From positions 1,014 through 65,013 of the forward strand of contig JBBRCU010000013.1 in NCBI GenBank assembly GCA_038204565.1: 64,000 nt of DNA, read 5' to 3'. Shown here piece after piece: positions 1 through 8,128 of the stretch. The notes beneath the pieces were generated by a model. That model was given only the letters and a program-made list of their open reading frames with translations. It did not search any database and was not told where the DNA came from. Source of the stretch: Candidatus Limnocylindrales bacterium (GTDB taxonomy: Bacteria; Chloroflexota; Limnocylindria; Limnocylindrales; CSP1-4). The number at the start of each line of letters is the position of its first letter. Within the stretch, counting starts at the first letter, position 1. A program made the position numbers and the translations under genes.

Positions 1-1
1 G

Positions 2-811
2 CTCAACCGGGTGGTCGAGGGGCGTGACTTCGGGGCCAACCTGGCCCGCGACATCGCCCGCGCCGACCTCAAGCTGAAGCCCTCGGAGTTCCTCGCGATC
101 TGGGGCGCGTCGATCATCGGCGTCCCGTTCCTCTTCATCGTCTTCTCACTCGCCCTGCCTGGCCTGCGTCACCCCCTCGCGCTCGTGATCGGGGCGTTCG
201 TCGGCTTCATGCTGCCGCGCTTCTGGCTCGGCCGGCGCAAGGGCGGCCGCCTCGGGGCATTCAACAAGCAGCTCCCCGACACGATCACTCTCCTCGCCAA
301 CGGCCTTCGCGCCGGCTCCTCATTCCTCCAGGCCGTCGAGCTCGTCGTGCGTGAGTCGCGCCCGCCCATGTCAACCGAGTTCAGCCGGGTCATCCGCGAG
401 GTCAACCTCGGACTCCCGTTCGAGGCGGCCATGGAGAACATGGTCCGTCGCGTCCGATCCGAGGACCTCGAGCTGATGGCGACTGCGATCAACATCCAGC
501 ACACCGTCGGCGGCAACCTCGCCGAGATCCTCGACTCGATCGCGTACACGATCCGCGAGCGGATCCGGATCAAGGGCGAGATCCGGACTCTGACCGCCCA
601 GCAGCGTCTGTCGGGCTACGTCGTCGGCTTCCTGCCGATCGGCCTCGCGGGCTTTCTCTTCGTCGCCGCTCCCAACTTCATGGAACCGATGTTCCAGAAG
701 CCGCCCGAGGCCCTCGGCCTGCCGCTCGGCGTCGTCATCCTCGCCTTCGGCGGGTTCATGATGTTCATCGGGTTCATGCTGATCCGCAAGATCGTCGACA
801 TCGAGGTCTAA
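2..811 (+). CDS. tadB: Type II secretion system F-family protein, Flp/Tad pilus assembly TadB-like (5' end probably outside window)
   Basis: Reading frame is open to the window edge. Polytopic membrane protein with the GspF/TadB-type cytoplasmic domain (LPDTITLLANGLRAGSSFLQAVE, NLGLPFEAAMENM). Followed 4 bp later by a paralogous TadC-like gene. Confidence 0.75.
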   Translation, partial: LNRVVEGRDFGANLARDIARADLKLKPSEFLAIWGASIIGVPFLFIVFSLALPGLRHPLALVIGAFVGFMLPRFWLGRRKGGRLGAFNKQLPDTITLLANGLRAGSSFLQAVELVVRESRPPMSTEFSRVIREVNLGLPFEAAMENMVRRVRSEDLELMATAINIQHTVGGNLAEILDSIAYTIRERIRIKGEIRTLTAQQRLSGYVVGFLPIGLAGFLFVAAPNFMEPMFQKPPEALGLPLGVVILAFGGFMMFIGFMLIRKIVDIEV

Positions 812-814
812 GCG

Positions 815-1753
815 ATGCCCAGCGAACTCATCCCGATCATCATCGCCGCGGCCGCCGCCGGCGCCATCCTCCTCATCGCCCTCGGGCTGGCCGGCAACTC
901 GCCGGTCGATCCGGTCCAGCAGCGTCTGACCCAGCTCGGGACGATGCAGGCGAAGAACCTCGAGGAGCTCGAGCTGCAGCAGCCGTTCCTCGAGCGGACA
1001 CTCCGCCCCCTGGCCGCCGGCCTGTCCGGGCGGATGTCGCGGGTCGCCAGCAGCTCCTTCCAGGACAAGGCCGAGAAGCGCCTGGCCCTTGCCGGCAACC
1101 CCGGCAACCTCCGGGTCGCGGACTGGCTCGGCATCAAGGCCGTTGGGGCGATCGCCGGGGCGATCCTCTTCGTCTTCCTGTTCGGGGTGGTCGGCGTCCT
1201 CGGCCTGCCGCCGGTCCTGCGGATCCTGATGGGCGCTGTCGGGCTGATGTTCGGCTACACGATCCCCGAGTTCTGGCTCGGTGGCCGCGTCCGCAAGCGC
1301 CAACACCTGATCCTGCTCCAGATCCCGGATACGCTCGACCTCCTGACGATCTCTGTCCGGGCCGGCCTCGGCTTCGACGCCGCGCTGGGCAAGGTCGTCG
1401 AGAAGCTCGAAGGCCCGCTGGTCGACGAGTTCCGTCGGGCGCTGGCCGAGGTGCGCGTCGGCAAGGCCCGGCGCGATGCCCTCCGGGACATCGTCCCCCG
1501 GACCGAAGTCGTCCCGCTGACAAACTTCATCGGCGCGATCATCCAGGCCGAGCAGCTCGGCGTGTCGATCTCGAAGGTCCTCCAGGTCCAGTCCGAGCAG
1601 CTCCGCATCGAGCGGCGCCAGCGGGCAGAGGAGATGGCGGCGAAGGCGCCGATCAAGATGCTGTTCCCGCTCGTCGGCTGCATCTTCCCGTCGCTGTTCA
1701 TCATCATCCTCGGGCCGGCGATCATCCTGATCATGCAGAACCTCAAGACCTGA
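815..1753 (+). CDS. tadC: Type II secretion system F-family protein, Flp/Tad pilus assembly TadC-like
   Basis: 312 aa. Motifs IPDTLDLLTISVRAGLGFDAAL and AEQLGVSISKVLQVQSE plus terminal TM helices are typical of TadC/GspF-domain proteins. Tandem with tadB. Confidence 0.75.
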   Translation: MPSELIPIIIAAAAAGAILLIALGLAGNSPVDPVQQRLTQLGTMQAKNLEELELQQPFLERTLRPLAAGLSGRMSRVASSSFQDKAEKRLALAGNPGNLRVADWLGIKAVGAIAGAILFVFLFGVVGVLGLPPVLRILMGAVGLMFGYTIPEFWLGGRVRKRQHLILLQIPDTLDLLTISVRAGLGFDAALGKVVEKLEGPLVDEFRRALAEVRVGKARRDALRDIVPRTEVVPLTNFIGAIIQAEQLGVSISKVLQVQSEQLRIERRQRAEEMAAKAPIKMLFPLVGCIFPSLFIIILGPAIILIMQNLKT

Positions 1754-1805
1754 CCCTTCGCCGGTGGAGCCGCCGGACGGCGGCGCGACTACGAACGAAC
1801 GCCAC

Positions 1806-1835
1806 GGGCGCGCCGACCAACCGGGAAGCGCGCCC
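1806..1835 (+). terminator. Candidate intrinsic terminator after tadC
   Basis: 8-bp GC stem GGGCGCGC/GCGCGCCC (1806-1813 / 1828-1835) followed by GTTCCCTGT. The loop is long (14 nt) and the U-tract weak. Confidence 0.3.
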
Positions 1836-1855
1836 GTTCCCTGTCCGGAGGATCG

Positions 1856-2254
1856 ATGAGCGGGTCGAAGCTCACCGCACGCAACATCACACGCGGGACC
1901 AGCCTGGCTGCAGAGCTCGAGTCAGCCGACAGCCTCTGGGCCAGGTTCATGGGCCTCATGGGCCGCCCGGTGTTGCCCCCCGGCGCCGGGCTGTGGCTGC
2001 CGGCGAGTAACGGGATCCACATGATGTTCATGCGGTTCGCCATCGATGCCGTGTTCGTCGGCAAGCCCGGCGCTGACGGATCTCGCCCGGTGCTGTCCGT
2101 CCACGAGCGGCTGCCAGCGTGGCGCGGCCTCGTGCCCCTCGTGCGTCACGCGAACGGCGTGCTGGAGCTGCCGGTCGGGACGATCGTGGCGAGCGGCACG
2201 GTGGTGGGCGACCGAATCGCGATCGAGGCTGGCGAGGTCGACGCGCGGCGATAG
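1856..2254 (+). CDS. DUF192 domain-containing protein
   Basis: 132 aa. Pattern RFMGLMGR...GLWLP.SNGIHMMFMRFAIDAVFV...VLELPVG matches the DUF192 (COG1430) signature. Confidence 0.7.
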   Translation: MSGSKLTARNITRGTSLAAELESADSLWARFMGLMGRPVLPPGAGLWLPASNGIHMMFMRFAIDAVFVGKPGADGSRPVLSVHERLPAWRGLVPLVRHANGVLELPVGTIVASGTVVGDRIAIEAGEVDARR

Positions 2255-2347
2255 GGCGGGCCCGGCCGCGCCGGGGCGACCCCTCGATACGTTCCAGCGA
2301 AGCCGCCGCGAACCGGGAGCGAAGGCCCGCGCCCGATCATCGGCGAC

Positions 2348-3052
2348 ATGCGGGCCGCGTCGATCCCGAACCGGCTCCTCGACCTCGCCTTTCCGGCCCT
2401 CTGCCCGGGCTGCGGAGCCGAGGGCGCTCCGATCTGCGCCGCCTGCCTGCCCGGCCTTGACGCCCGCGTCGATCAGCCCGCCGGGGTCCCGATCGGCTTA
2501 CCCTCTGACCTGCCGCCCACGATCCTCCAGCTCGAGTGGTGTGCTCCATTCGGTGGGCTCGTCCGGCGCGCGTTGCACCAGCTGAAGTACGGCGGGGAGA
2601 CCCGTCTCGCAGGGCCACTCGGCGCGGCGATCGCGCGGCGCTGGGCTCGCGCGGGGGCCGGCGGCGATGTCATGGTGCCGGTGCCCGTCCACGCGGGTCG
2701 CAGGCGGGTCCGCGGCTACGACCAGGCGGAACTCCTCGCCCGTTCGGCTGCCGCGGAGCTCGGTCTGCCCTGCGCACCGATCCTCGAGCGGACCCGGGCA
2801 ACCGCCGCCCAGTTCGATCTCGACCGCGCCAACCGGGCGACCAACGTCGAAGGAGCGTTCCGCCTGACGACGCGCCCGACCACCCGGGCGGGCTCGGATC
2901 CCGGACGCCGGGAGCGGCCCCTCCACGGGCGCTGGATCGTCCTCGTCGACGACGTCGTGACGACCGGCGCCACGCTGACCGCGTGCGCGGCGCCACTGCT
3001 TGCGGCGGGCGCCCTCGGAGTCTCAGCGGTGACGGTTGCCCGCGAGCGATGA
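2348..3052 (+). CDS. comF: ComF family protein (phosphoribosyltransferase-like, ComFC type)
   Basis: N-terminal Cys pairs (CPGCG...CAAC) and C-terminal PRTase motif IVLVDDVVTTGATL. Confidence 0.8.
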   Translation: MRAASIPNRLLDLAFPALCPGCGAEGAPICAACLPGLDARVDQPAGVPIGLPSDLPPTILQLEWCAPFGGLVRRALHQLKYGGETRLAGPLGAAIARRWARAGAGGDVMVPVPVHAGRRRVRGYDQAELLARSAAAELGLPCAPILERTRATAAQFDLDRANRATNVEGAFRLTTRPTTRAGSDPGRRERPLHGRWIVLVDDVVTTGATLTACAAPLLAAGALGVSAVTVARER

Positions 3053-3193
3053 CAGCCCGCATCGCCGCGTCGAAGGGCCGGCCAAAAGGCCCGGGTGTAG
3101 ACTCGGACGACGGCCGCCCACCCGGCGCGGCGGCCCCGGAACCATCCTGAACCGGGCGGCCAGCGCGAGGCATCCGGCCTCTGGGAGATCACC

Positions 3194-3799
3194 GTGAGGA
3201 CGATCGTCAAGGGCAAGAACATCGACGTCCCTGACCACGTCCGGCGATACGCGGAGCGCAAGCTGGCCCGCCTCGAGCGCATCCTCGACGATCGCAGCGA
3301 CGCCCTCGTTGAGCTCTCCATCGAGCAGCACCGGAGCGCTGCCGTTTCGCACATCGTCGAGGTCACGCTCGTCATCGACGGCAAGACCCTCCAGACCCAC
3401 GCTGCCGGCGAAACCCACAGGGCCGGGATCGACGAGGTCGTCGACAAGCTCGAGCGCCGGGCAGTCGACCACCGCGAGAAGCCACGGGTCCACGCTCGGC
3501 CGGACGAGGAGAAGGCCCTCCTCCGCCAGATCGCGGACGGGACCGCTGAGGGGGACACGGAACGGCGGATCGTCAAGTCCAAGCGGTTCGCGATCGAGCC
3601 GATGTTCGAAGAGGACGCGCTCGCGCGGATGGAGGAGCTCGGCCACCAGTTCTTCGTCTATGTCGACGCCCAGTCGGAGCGCGTCCAGATCCTGTATCGA
3701 CGGCGCGACGGTAATTTCGGGATGATCGAACCGGTCATCGGTGGCGAGTACACCAAGGGCAAGGCCCGGAGCGGGGCCAGGTCCGACGGCCACCGCTAG
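3194..3799 (+). CDS. hpf: Ribosome hibernation-promoting factor, long form
   Basis: GTG start preceded by GGGAGA. N-terminus (IVKGKNIDVPDHVRRYAERKL) is the RaiA/HPF S30AE fold. C-terminal domain (FFVYVDAQSERVQILYRRRDGNFGMIEP) is the long-HPF dimerisation domain. Confidence 0.9.
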   Translation: MRTIVKGKNIDVPDHVRRYAERKLARLERILDDRSDALVELSIEQHRSAAVSHIVEVTLVIDGKTLQTHAAGETHRAGIDEVVDKLERRAVDHREKPRVHARPDEEKALLRQIADGTAEGDTERRIVKSKRFAIEPMFEEDALARMEELGHQFFVYVDAQSERVQILYRRRDGNFGMIEPVIGGEYTKGKARSGARSDGHR

Positions 3800-3814
3800 C
3801 GCAATGCTGGCGGA

Positions 3815-4180
3815 TCAGCGCTCGGGTTCGCCGCCCATCGGATGGGCCCGCCGATAGATCCCGGCCGCGCGGGTCATCAGCAGACCGTCGACGAGGTACC
3901 GACGCAGCGCGGCGACGTCCGGATGGAGGAGCGCCAGCCGCATGTTGACCTCCTTCTCCTCGTAGTCGCGGTCCTCTGGAAAGCACCGATCGAGGATCAC
4001 CGGCAGGAGCAGGTCGCGGCGGCTCGGCTTGGCCGGGATCGACACGAGGCGGCCGTCGCGGAGGAACGCCCGGACGACCTTCTCGCGATCGGTCAAGCGG
4101 CGCCGCCCTGGCCCGTCCAGCGTCGATCCGGGAGCCTCGCTCGAGGGCGGACTCGGCTGGGTCGGTCTGGAGTCGTCCAT
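3815..4180 (-). CDS. DUF2087 domain-containing protein
   Basis: C-terminal 80 aa (VVRAFLRDGRLVSIPAKPSRRDLLLPVILDRCFPEDRDYEEKEVNMRLALLHPDVAALRRYLVD) fits DUF2087. I chose the internal ATG at 4180 rather than the ORF-track start at 4336 because the upstream part is Arg/Ala-rich junk overlapping nfo. The start remains uncertain. Confidence 0.6.
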   Translation of the reverse strand: MDDSRPTQPSPPSSEAPGSTLDGPGRRRLTDREKVVRAFLRDGRLVSIPAKPSRRDLLLPVILDRCFPEDRDYEEKEVNMRLALLHPDVAALRRYLVDGLLMTRAAGIYRRAHPMGGEPER

Positions 4181-5318
4181 GCGCCGACCGTACCAGATGG
4201 CGGCCGCTACGATGGCGGCGATGCTGCCCGACGGACGCCGCCTCGGAGCCCACCTCGCCCTCGACGAGGGGATGGTCCAGGCGGCGGACCGCGCCGTCGA
4301 AATCGGCCTTGACGCGCTCCAGGTGTTCAGCGACAACCCGACGGCCCGGCGGCGCCGAACCGCGCCGTCGGCGGAGATCCCGGCGTTCCGGGGCCGCCTC
4401 GCCGCCGGTCGGATCGCGCCGCTCGTGATCCACGCCTCCTACCTGGTCAACCTCGCCGGCAACGACCCCGCGTATCACGAGCGAACGATCGCGATCCTCG
4501 CGTCGGAGCTGCGCACGGCGTCCCGGTTCGGCGCGACACTCGTCAACGTCCACGTCGGGTCGCACGGCGGCGCTGGTCCGGAAGCCGGCACGAACGCGGT
4601 GGTCGATGCCATCCGGGGTGCCCTCGACGCCGAGCTGGAGCCCGAGCCCGAGCCCGACCTGGCCGAGGACGACGCGGAGGGCTCGGAGAGCGACGCTGTG
4701 GCCGCCGGGGCCGGCTCACCGCCGCAGGTCACCGCAGAGACCGCCATCGCTGCCGCGCCGGGCGCACCGTCGCCGACGATCGTCCTGGAGAACTCTGTCG
4801 GCAGCGGGTTCGCGCTCGGCGTCGATCTCGACGAGCTCGCCGCGATCGCCGATGCACTCGAGGCCGCCGGCGTCCCGTCGGGCAGGGTCGGCTTCTGCCT
4901 CGACACAGCGCACGCCTGGGGCGCCGGGCTCGACCTCGCCGACGCCGAAGTCGTCGATGCGTTCATCGCCGCGTTCGACCGCCGGATCGGGCTCGGTCGG
5001 CTGGCTCTGATCCATCTCAATGACTCGCGAAGCGAGCTCGGATCGCGGACGGATCGACACGAGCACGTGGGCGCGGGGCGGATCGGCGCGGCCGCGATGA
5101 CTCATCTCCTCCGACATCCGGCCCTCGCGGGGGTGACCTACATCCTCGAGACGCCAGGCATGGACGAGGGCTACGACGCGATCAACGTCGCCCGGGTCCA
5201 GGCCCTCGCGAACGGCGAGTCACCGCCGCCGTTGCCGCCCGAGGCGTTCACGCTCCGCGGCAGCCGGGTCCGGGCCGCTAGACCGGGTGGCGGTCCGCCG
5301 GAGCGTGGTCCGCGATGA
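4179..5318 (+). CDS. nfo: Deoxyribonuclease IV (endonuclease IV) with an internal acidic insertion
   Basis: Endo IV motifs: LGAHL, QVFSDNP, IHASYLVNLA, VNVHVGSH, IVLENSVG, CLDTAHAWGAG, LIHLNDS...GSRTDRHEHVGAG, ILETPG. The ATG at 4179 has a GGAG 6 nt upstream. ATGs at 4197, 4212 and 4221 are alternative starts. Confidence 0.85.
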   Translation: MRRPYQMAAATMAAMLPDGRRLGAHLALDEGMVQAADRAVEIGLDALQVFSDNPTARRRRTAPSAEIPAFRGRLAAGRIAPLVIHASYLVNLAGNDPAYHERTIAILASELRTASRFGATLVNVHVGSHGGAGPEAGTNAVVDAIRGALDAELEPEPEPDLAEDDAEGSESDAVAAGAGSPPQVTAETAIAAAPGAPSPTIVLENSVGSGFALGVDLDELAAIADALEAAGVPSGRVGFCLDTAHAWGAGLDLADAEVVDAFIAAFDRRIGLGRLALIHLNDSRSELGSRTDRHEHVGAGRIGAAAMTHLLRHPALAGVTYILETPGMDEGYDAINVARVQALANGESPPPLPPEAFTLRGSRVRAARPGGGPPERGPR

Positions 5319-6928
5319 CCGCGCGCGCCGAGAACCGCGCCGATCGCTGGTTCCGACGGCATCGCTGGCCCGACCTCGGAATGTTTCTGGCGATCCTCGC
5401 CGTGGCGGCGGCCCTGCGCCTGCCCGATCTCGCCGATCGAGGCATGTGGGACGCGGACCAGGGCCGACACATGCTCGACCTTCGCTCGTTCGTCCTCGAC
5501 GGGCAGGTGCCGCTGCTCGGTCCGGCCACCTCGATCGGGAACTTCCACCACGGCGTCCTGTACTACTACCTCCTGGCCCCGGCGGCGGCCCTGTCACATG
5601 GGGACCCGGTGGCGGTCGAGACGATGATCGCGCTCGGCGGCGTGGCGGCTGTCGCCGTCGTCGGCTGGCTGGCGCGGGCAATCGGCGGACCGCTGGCCGG
5701 ATTGGTCGCTGCGCTCCTGCTCGCCGTGTCATCGAGCGCGGTCAGCCAGTCGATCTTTATCTGGAACCCGAATCTTGTCCTGTTGTCGAGCTCCATCGCC
5801 TTGGCGGCGTCATGGCAGGCCTGGCAATCGGGCGGCGTTCGCTGGTGGGTCGTCGCCGGGGCGGCCGCGATCACAACGATGCAGCTCCATATCCTCGGGA
5901 TCCTGCTCACGCCCGTCGTCGGCGCACTCCTGTTCGCGGATGCGCGTCGATGCAGGCGAGCCGGCGATCGGGAATACCTGGGCCGGCTCGGAGGGGCCGT
6001 GGCGGGATGGCTCCTGATCGGGCTTGTTGCCTATGTGCCCTTGATCGTCCACGAGCTTGGGACCGAGGGATCGGAGGTACGGGGGGCCATTGCGTTCCTC
6101 ACCGGCGGCGGCGAGCCCGCCTCGATCGAGCTGCCTGCCCGGATCGTGATCGTCGGGTTGCGCGTGCTCGGCTGGCCGTTGACCGGGCTCATCACCGCGT
6201 CGCCGGCGGCGGCGCTCCTGTCGTCCGCGCTCGTCGTGGCGCTCGCCGGGGCTCTCGTGGTCCGGCCGCAGAACGAGGGGAGCCTCCGGATCGCCGGCCG
6301 CTGGCTGGCCGGCGGGCTGGTCTGGACAATCATTGGCCTCGCGGTCGGCTCCGCCAGCCTGGCGGTCGTCGTGCCCGGTCTCGCCAACGACGACTATCAC
6401 GCCTTCGCAGACCCGATGGTCGTGACGGTCATCGCCGTCGGCCTGACGTCCATCGCGGCTCGGGGACGCCCGGGCGCGCTCCGGGCGATCGCCCAGGTCG
6501 GAGCGACCCTGGTCGTTATCGCGCTCGTCGGCTGGAATCTTGCAACGCAACCGCCTTCCATCGCGCCGGACGGAGGCTGGGCGGCAGCGCAGGCATCGGC
6601 GACCCGGGTGGTCAAGGCGAGCGCCACGCGCCCGATCGAGCTGTCCAGCCTTCCAACGTTCAAGGGTGACGAGGCCCTGCGGATGCCGCTCGAGGCCGCC
6701 GGGGCCCTTCCCCTGCCGGCGAGCACCGGGCCGTCAGCCCGACCGAACACCGTGCAGGTCGTCCTCTGTGATCAGCTCTTCCGAGCGTCGATCGGGGCCG
6801 ATTGCGGCGGGCCGGCCGAGGATCTCCTGATTGCAGGCGGCCAGCCGGGAACGTCTGCCGCAGAAGGACGGCTGATCGACCGCTTCACAGCCGCTCCGGG
6901 CCGTTGGATCTCGATCTACATGCCCTGA
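5315..6928 (+). CDS. Membrane glycosyltransferase, GT39/GT83 (ArnT/PMT-like) family
   Basis: 537 aa polytopic protein. The N-terminal region (LAILAVAAALRLPDLADRGMWDADQGRH) is typical of ArnT/PMT-type lipid-linked sugar transferases. ATGA overlap with the nfo stop. Confidence 0.7.
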   Translation: MTARAENRADRWFRRHRWPDLGMFLAILAVAAALRLPDLADRGMWDADQGRHMLDLRSFVLDGQVPLLGPATSIGNFHHGVLYYYLLAPAAALSHGDPVAVETMIALGGVAAVAVVGWLARAIGGPLAGLVAALLLAVSSSAVSQSIFIWNPNLVLLSSSIALAASWQAWQSGGVRWWVVAGAAAITTMQLHILGILLTPVVGALLFADARRCRRAGDREYLGRLGGAVAGWLLIGLVAYVPLIVHELGTEGSEVRGAIAFLTGGGEPASIELPARIVIVGLRVLGWPLTGLITASPAAALLSSALVVALAGALVVRPQNEGSLRIAGRWLAGGLVWTIIGLAVGSASLAVVVPGLANDDYHAFADPMVVTVIAVGLTSIAARGRPGALRAIAQVGATLVVIALVGWNLATQPPSIAPDGGWAAAQASATRVVKASATRPIELSSLPTFKGDEALRMPLEAAGALPLPASTGPSARPNTVQVVLCDQLFRASIGADCGGPAEDLLIAGGQPGTSAAEGRLIDRFTAAPGRWISIYMP

Positions 6929-7018
6929 AGGCACCCACGGACCGTCCAGCCGTCCACGCGATCTCGGACGGCTTCGAGCGAGGAGCGCAGCGGCCAACGC
7001 CGCGGACGTCGTCCAGCC

Positions 7019-7127
7019 GCGACAGCCGGGAGACTGCGTTCGTCGCGGATGAGTGCGCCAGCGCAAGGCGGCCAAGGCCGCGATGGCGTGCTCAGGCGCG
7101 ACAGCCGGGAGACTGCGTTCGTCGCGG
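7019..7127. repeat. Two perfect 30-bp direct repeats (7019-7048 and 7098-7127), the heads of a roughly 79-bp tandem duplication
   Basis: GCGACAGCCGGGAGACTGCGTTCGTCGCGG occurs twice with a 79-bp period. The following sequence is only loosely similar between copies (shared GCAAGGCGG). Each 30-mer has terminal inverted repeats GCGAC/GTCGC. Confidence 0.9.
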
Positions 7128-7154
7128 CCGGGCGAGGCTGGCAAGGCGGAAAGC

Positions 7155-7187
7155 GCGAATGCCGGCGCCCCAGACGCCGGCATTCGC
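7155..7187. terminator. Strong hairpin between convergent genes (likely bidirectional terminator)
   Basis: Perfect 13-bp stem GCGAATGCCGGCG/CGCCGGCATTCGC with a 7-nt loop. It lies between the stops of the + GT39 gene (6928) and the - XRE gene (7269). The minus-strand trailing sequence is GCTTTCC. Confidence 0.55.
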
Positions 7188-7268
7188 TGTCCCCGAGACC
7201 CGGACGTGGAGGGCGTCCGAGCCGTGCCCTGGAAAAGGATGTGGTTGGCGCGCCGCCGGATGACCTGC

Positions 7269-7811
7269 CTAGGGTCGCCCTGGTCGACCGAGCGAGCGGC
7301 CCATCGGCCGGACGCTGCCCATCCGCGATGGGCTCGACTGGCCATGGCTCGCCTGCCCGACCCCGGCCACCACGGGTCCCTGCCCGACCGGGGCGGAGCG
7401 CGCGATGGGGCGCTCCGGCGGACGACCGGACGTGGGCTCGGATGGCTGGAATGCGCGACCAAAGCGGCGCATCCGGACGGCGAGGTAGTACTCCATGATC
7501 TGGCGGACCTGCGGCTCGCTGAGGAGGTCGTCGGCCCGCAGGGCGTACTCGACCCGGGCGGTCGGATTCGTCGACCCTGAGGCAACGAGCCCGAGATATT
7601 GCGGGGTGTCGGCGTCGTCGCGCAGCTCACGGAGACCACGGGCAAGCTTCGTCGCCGTCCCGAGGGACGGCATCCGGTCGCCGCGGATCAGTCGGGAGAT
7701 GGTCGAGTGGTCGACGCCCGACTGCTGGGCAAGCTGGCGCTGTGACATCTTCTTGGCCTTGAGCTGGGCTCGCAGCCATTCGTTGAACGCTCGACCGTTC
7801 TGGGTGGTCAT
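7269..7811 (-). CDS. XRE-family helix-turn-helix transcriptional regulator
   Basis: HTH_3-type segment LKAKKMSQRQLAQQSGVDHSTISRLIRGDRMPSLGTATKLARGL near the N-terminus when started at ATG 7811. The ORF-track start at 8084 adds an implausible 91-aa extension. Confidence 0.75.
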   Translation of the reverse strand: MTTQNGRAFNEWLRAQLKAKKMSQRQLAQQSGVDHSTISRLIRGDRMPSLGTATKLARGLRELRDDADTPQYLGLVASGSTNPTARVEYALRADDLLSEPQVRQIMEYYLAVRMRRFGRAFQPSEPTSGRPPERPIARSAPVGQGPVVAGVGQASHGQSSPSRMGSVRPMGRSLGRPGRP

Positions 7812-8128
7812 GACGTCGTTGGGCGCTCCATGTCTCGCGCAGTCGGGTGATGACGCGATACCCGCATGATCCCGAACGTAGGGGTATCTCCTATATCCCC
7901 CATTCGTACGGTCAAAGTCCTTGCAGCGGCCGGAGCCGGTCTGACGGTCCGGTGCGGTTGAAGCGGGTCCGGATCGGAGCGGGCATGGGACTGGAGTCGC
8001 CCCTGCGGCGTACTGGCCGGCCGCCGGGCCGCCGGACATGGGCGCCGCCGCACCGGTCGACTGAGCTGGCGCGGAACCGGACAAAGCGATGGCGCGCGGC
8101 GAGTCCTGGCCGATTCCCCGCTCGAGGA

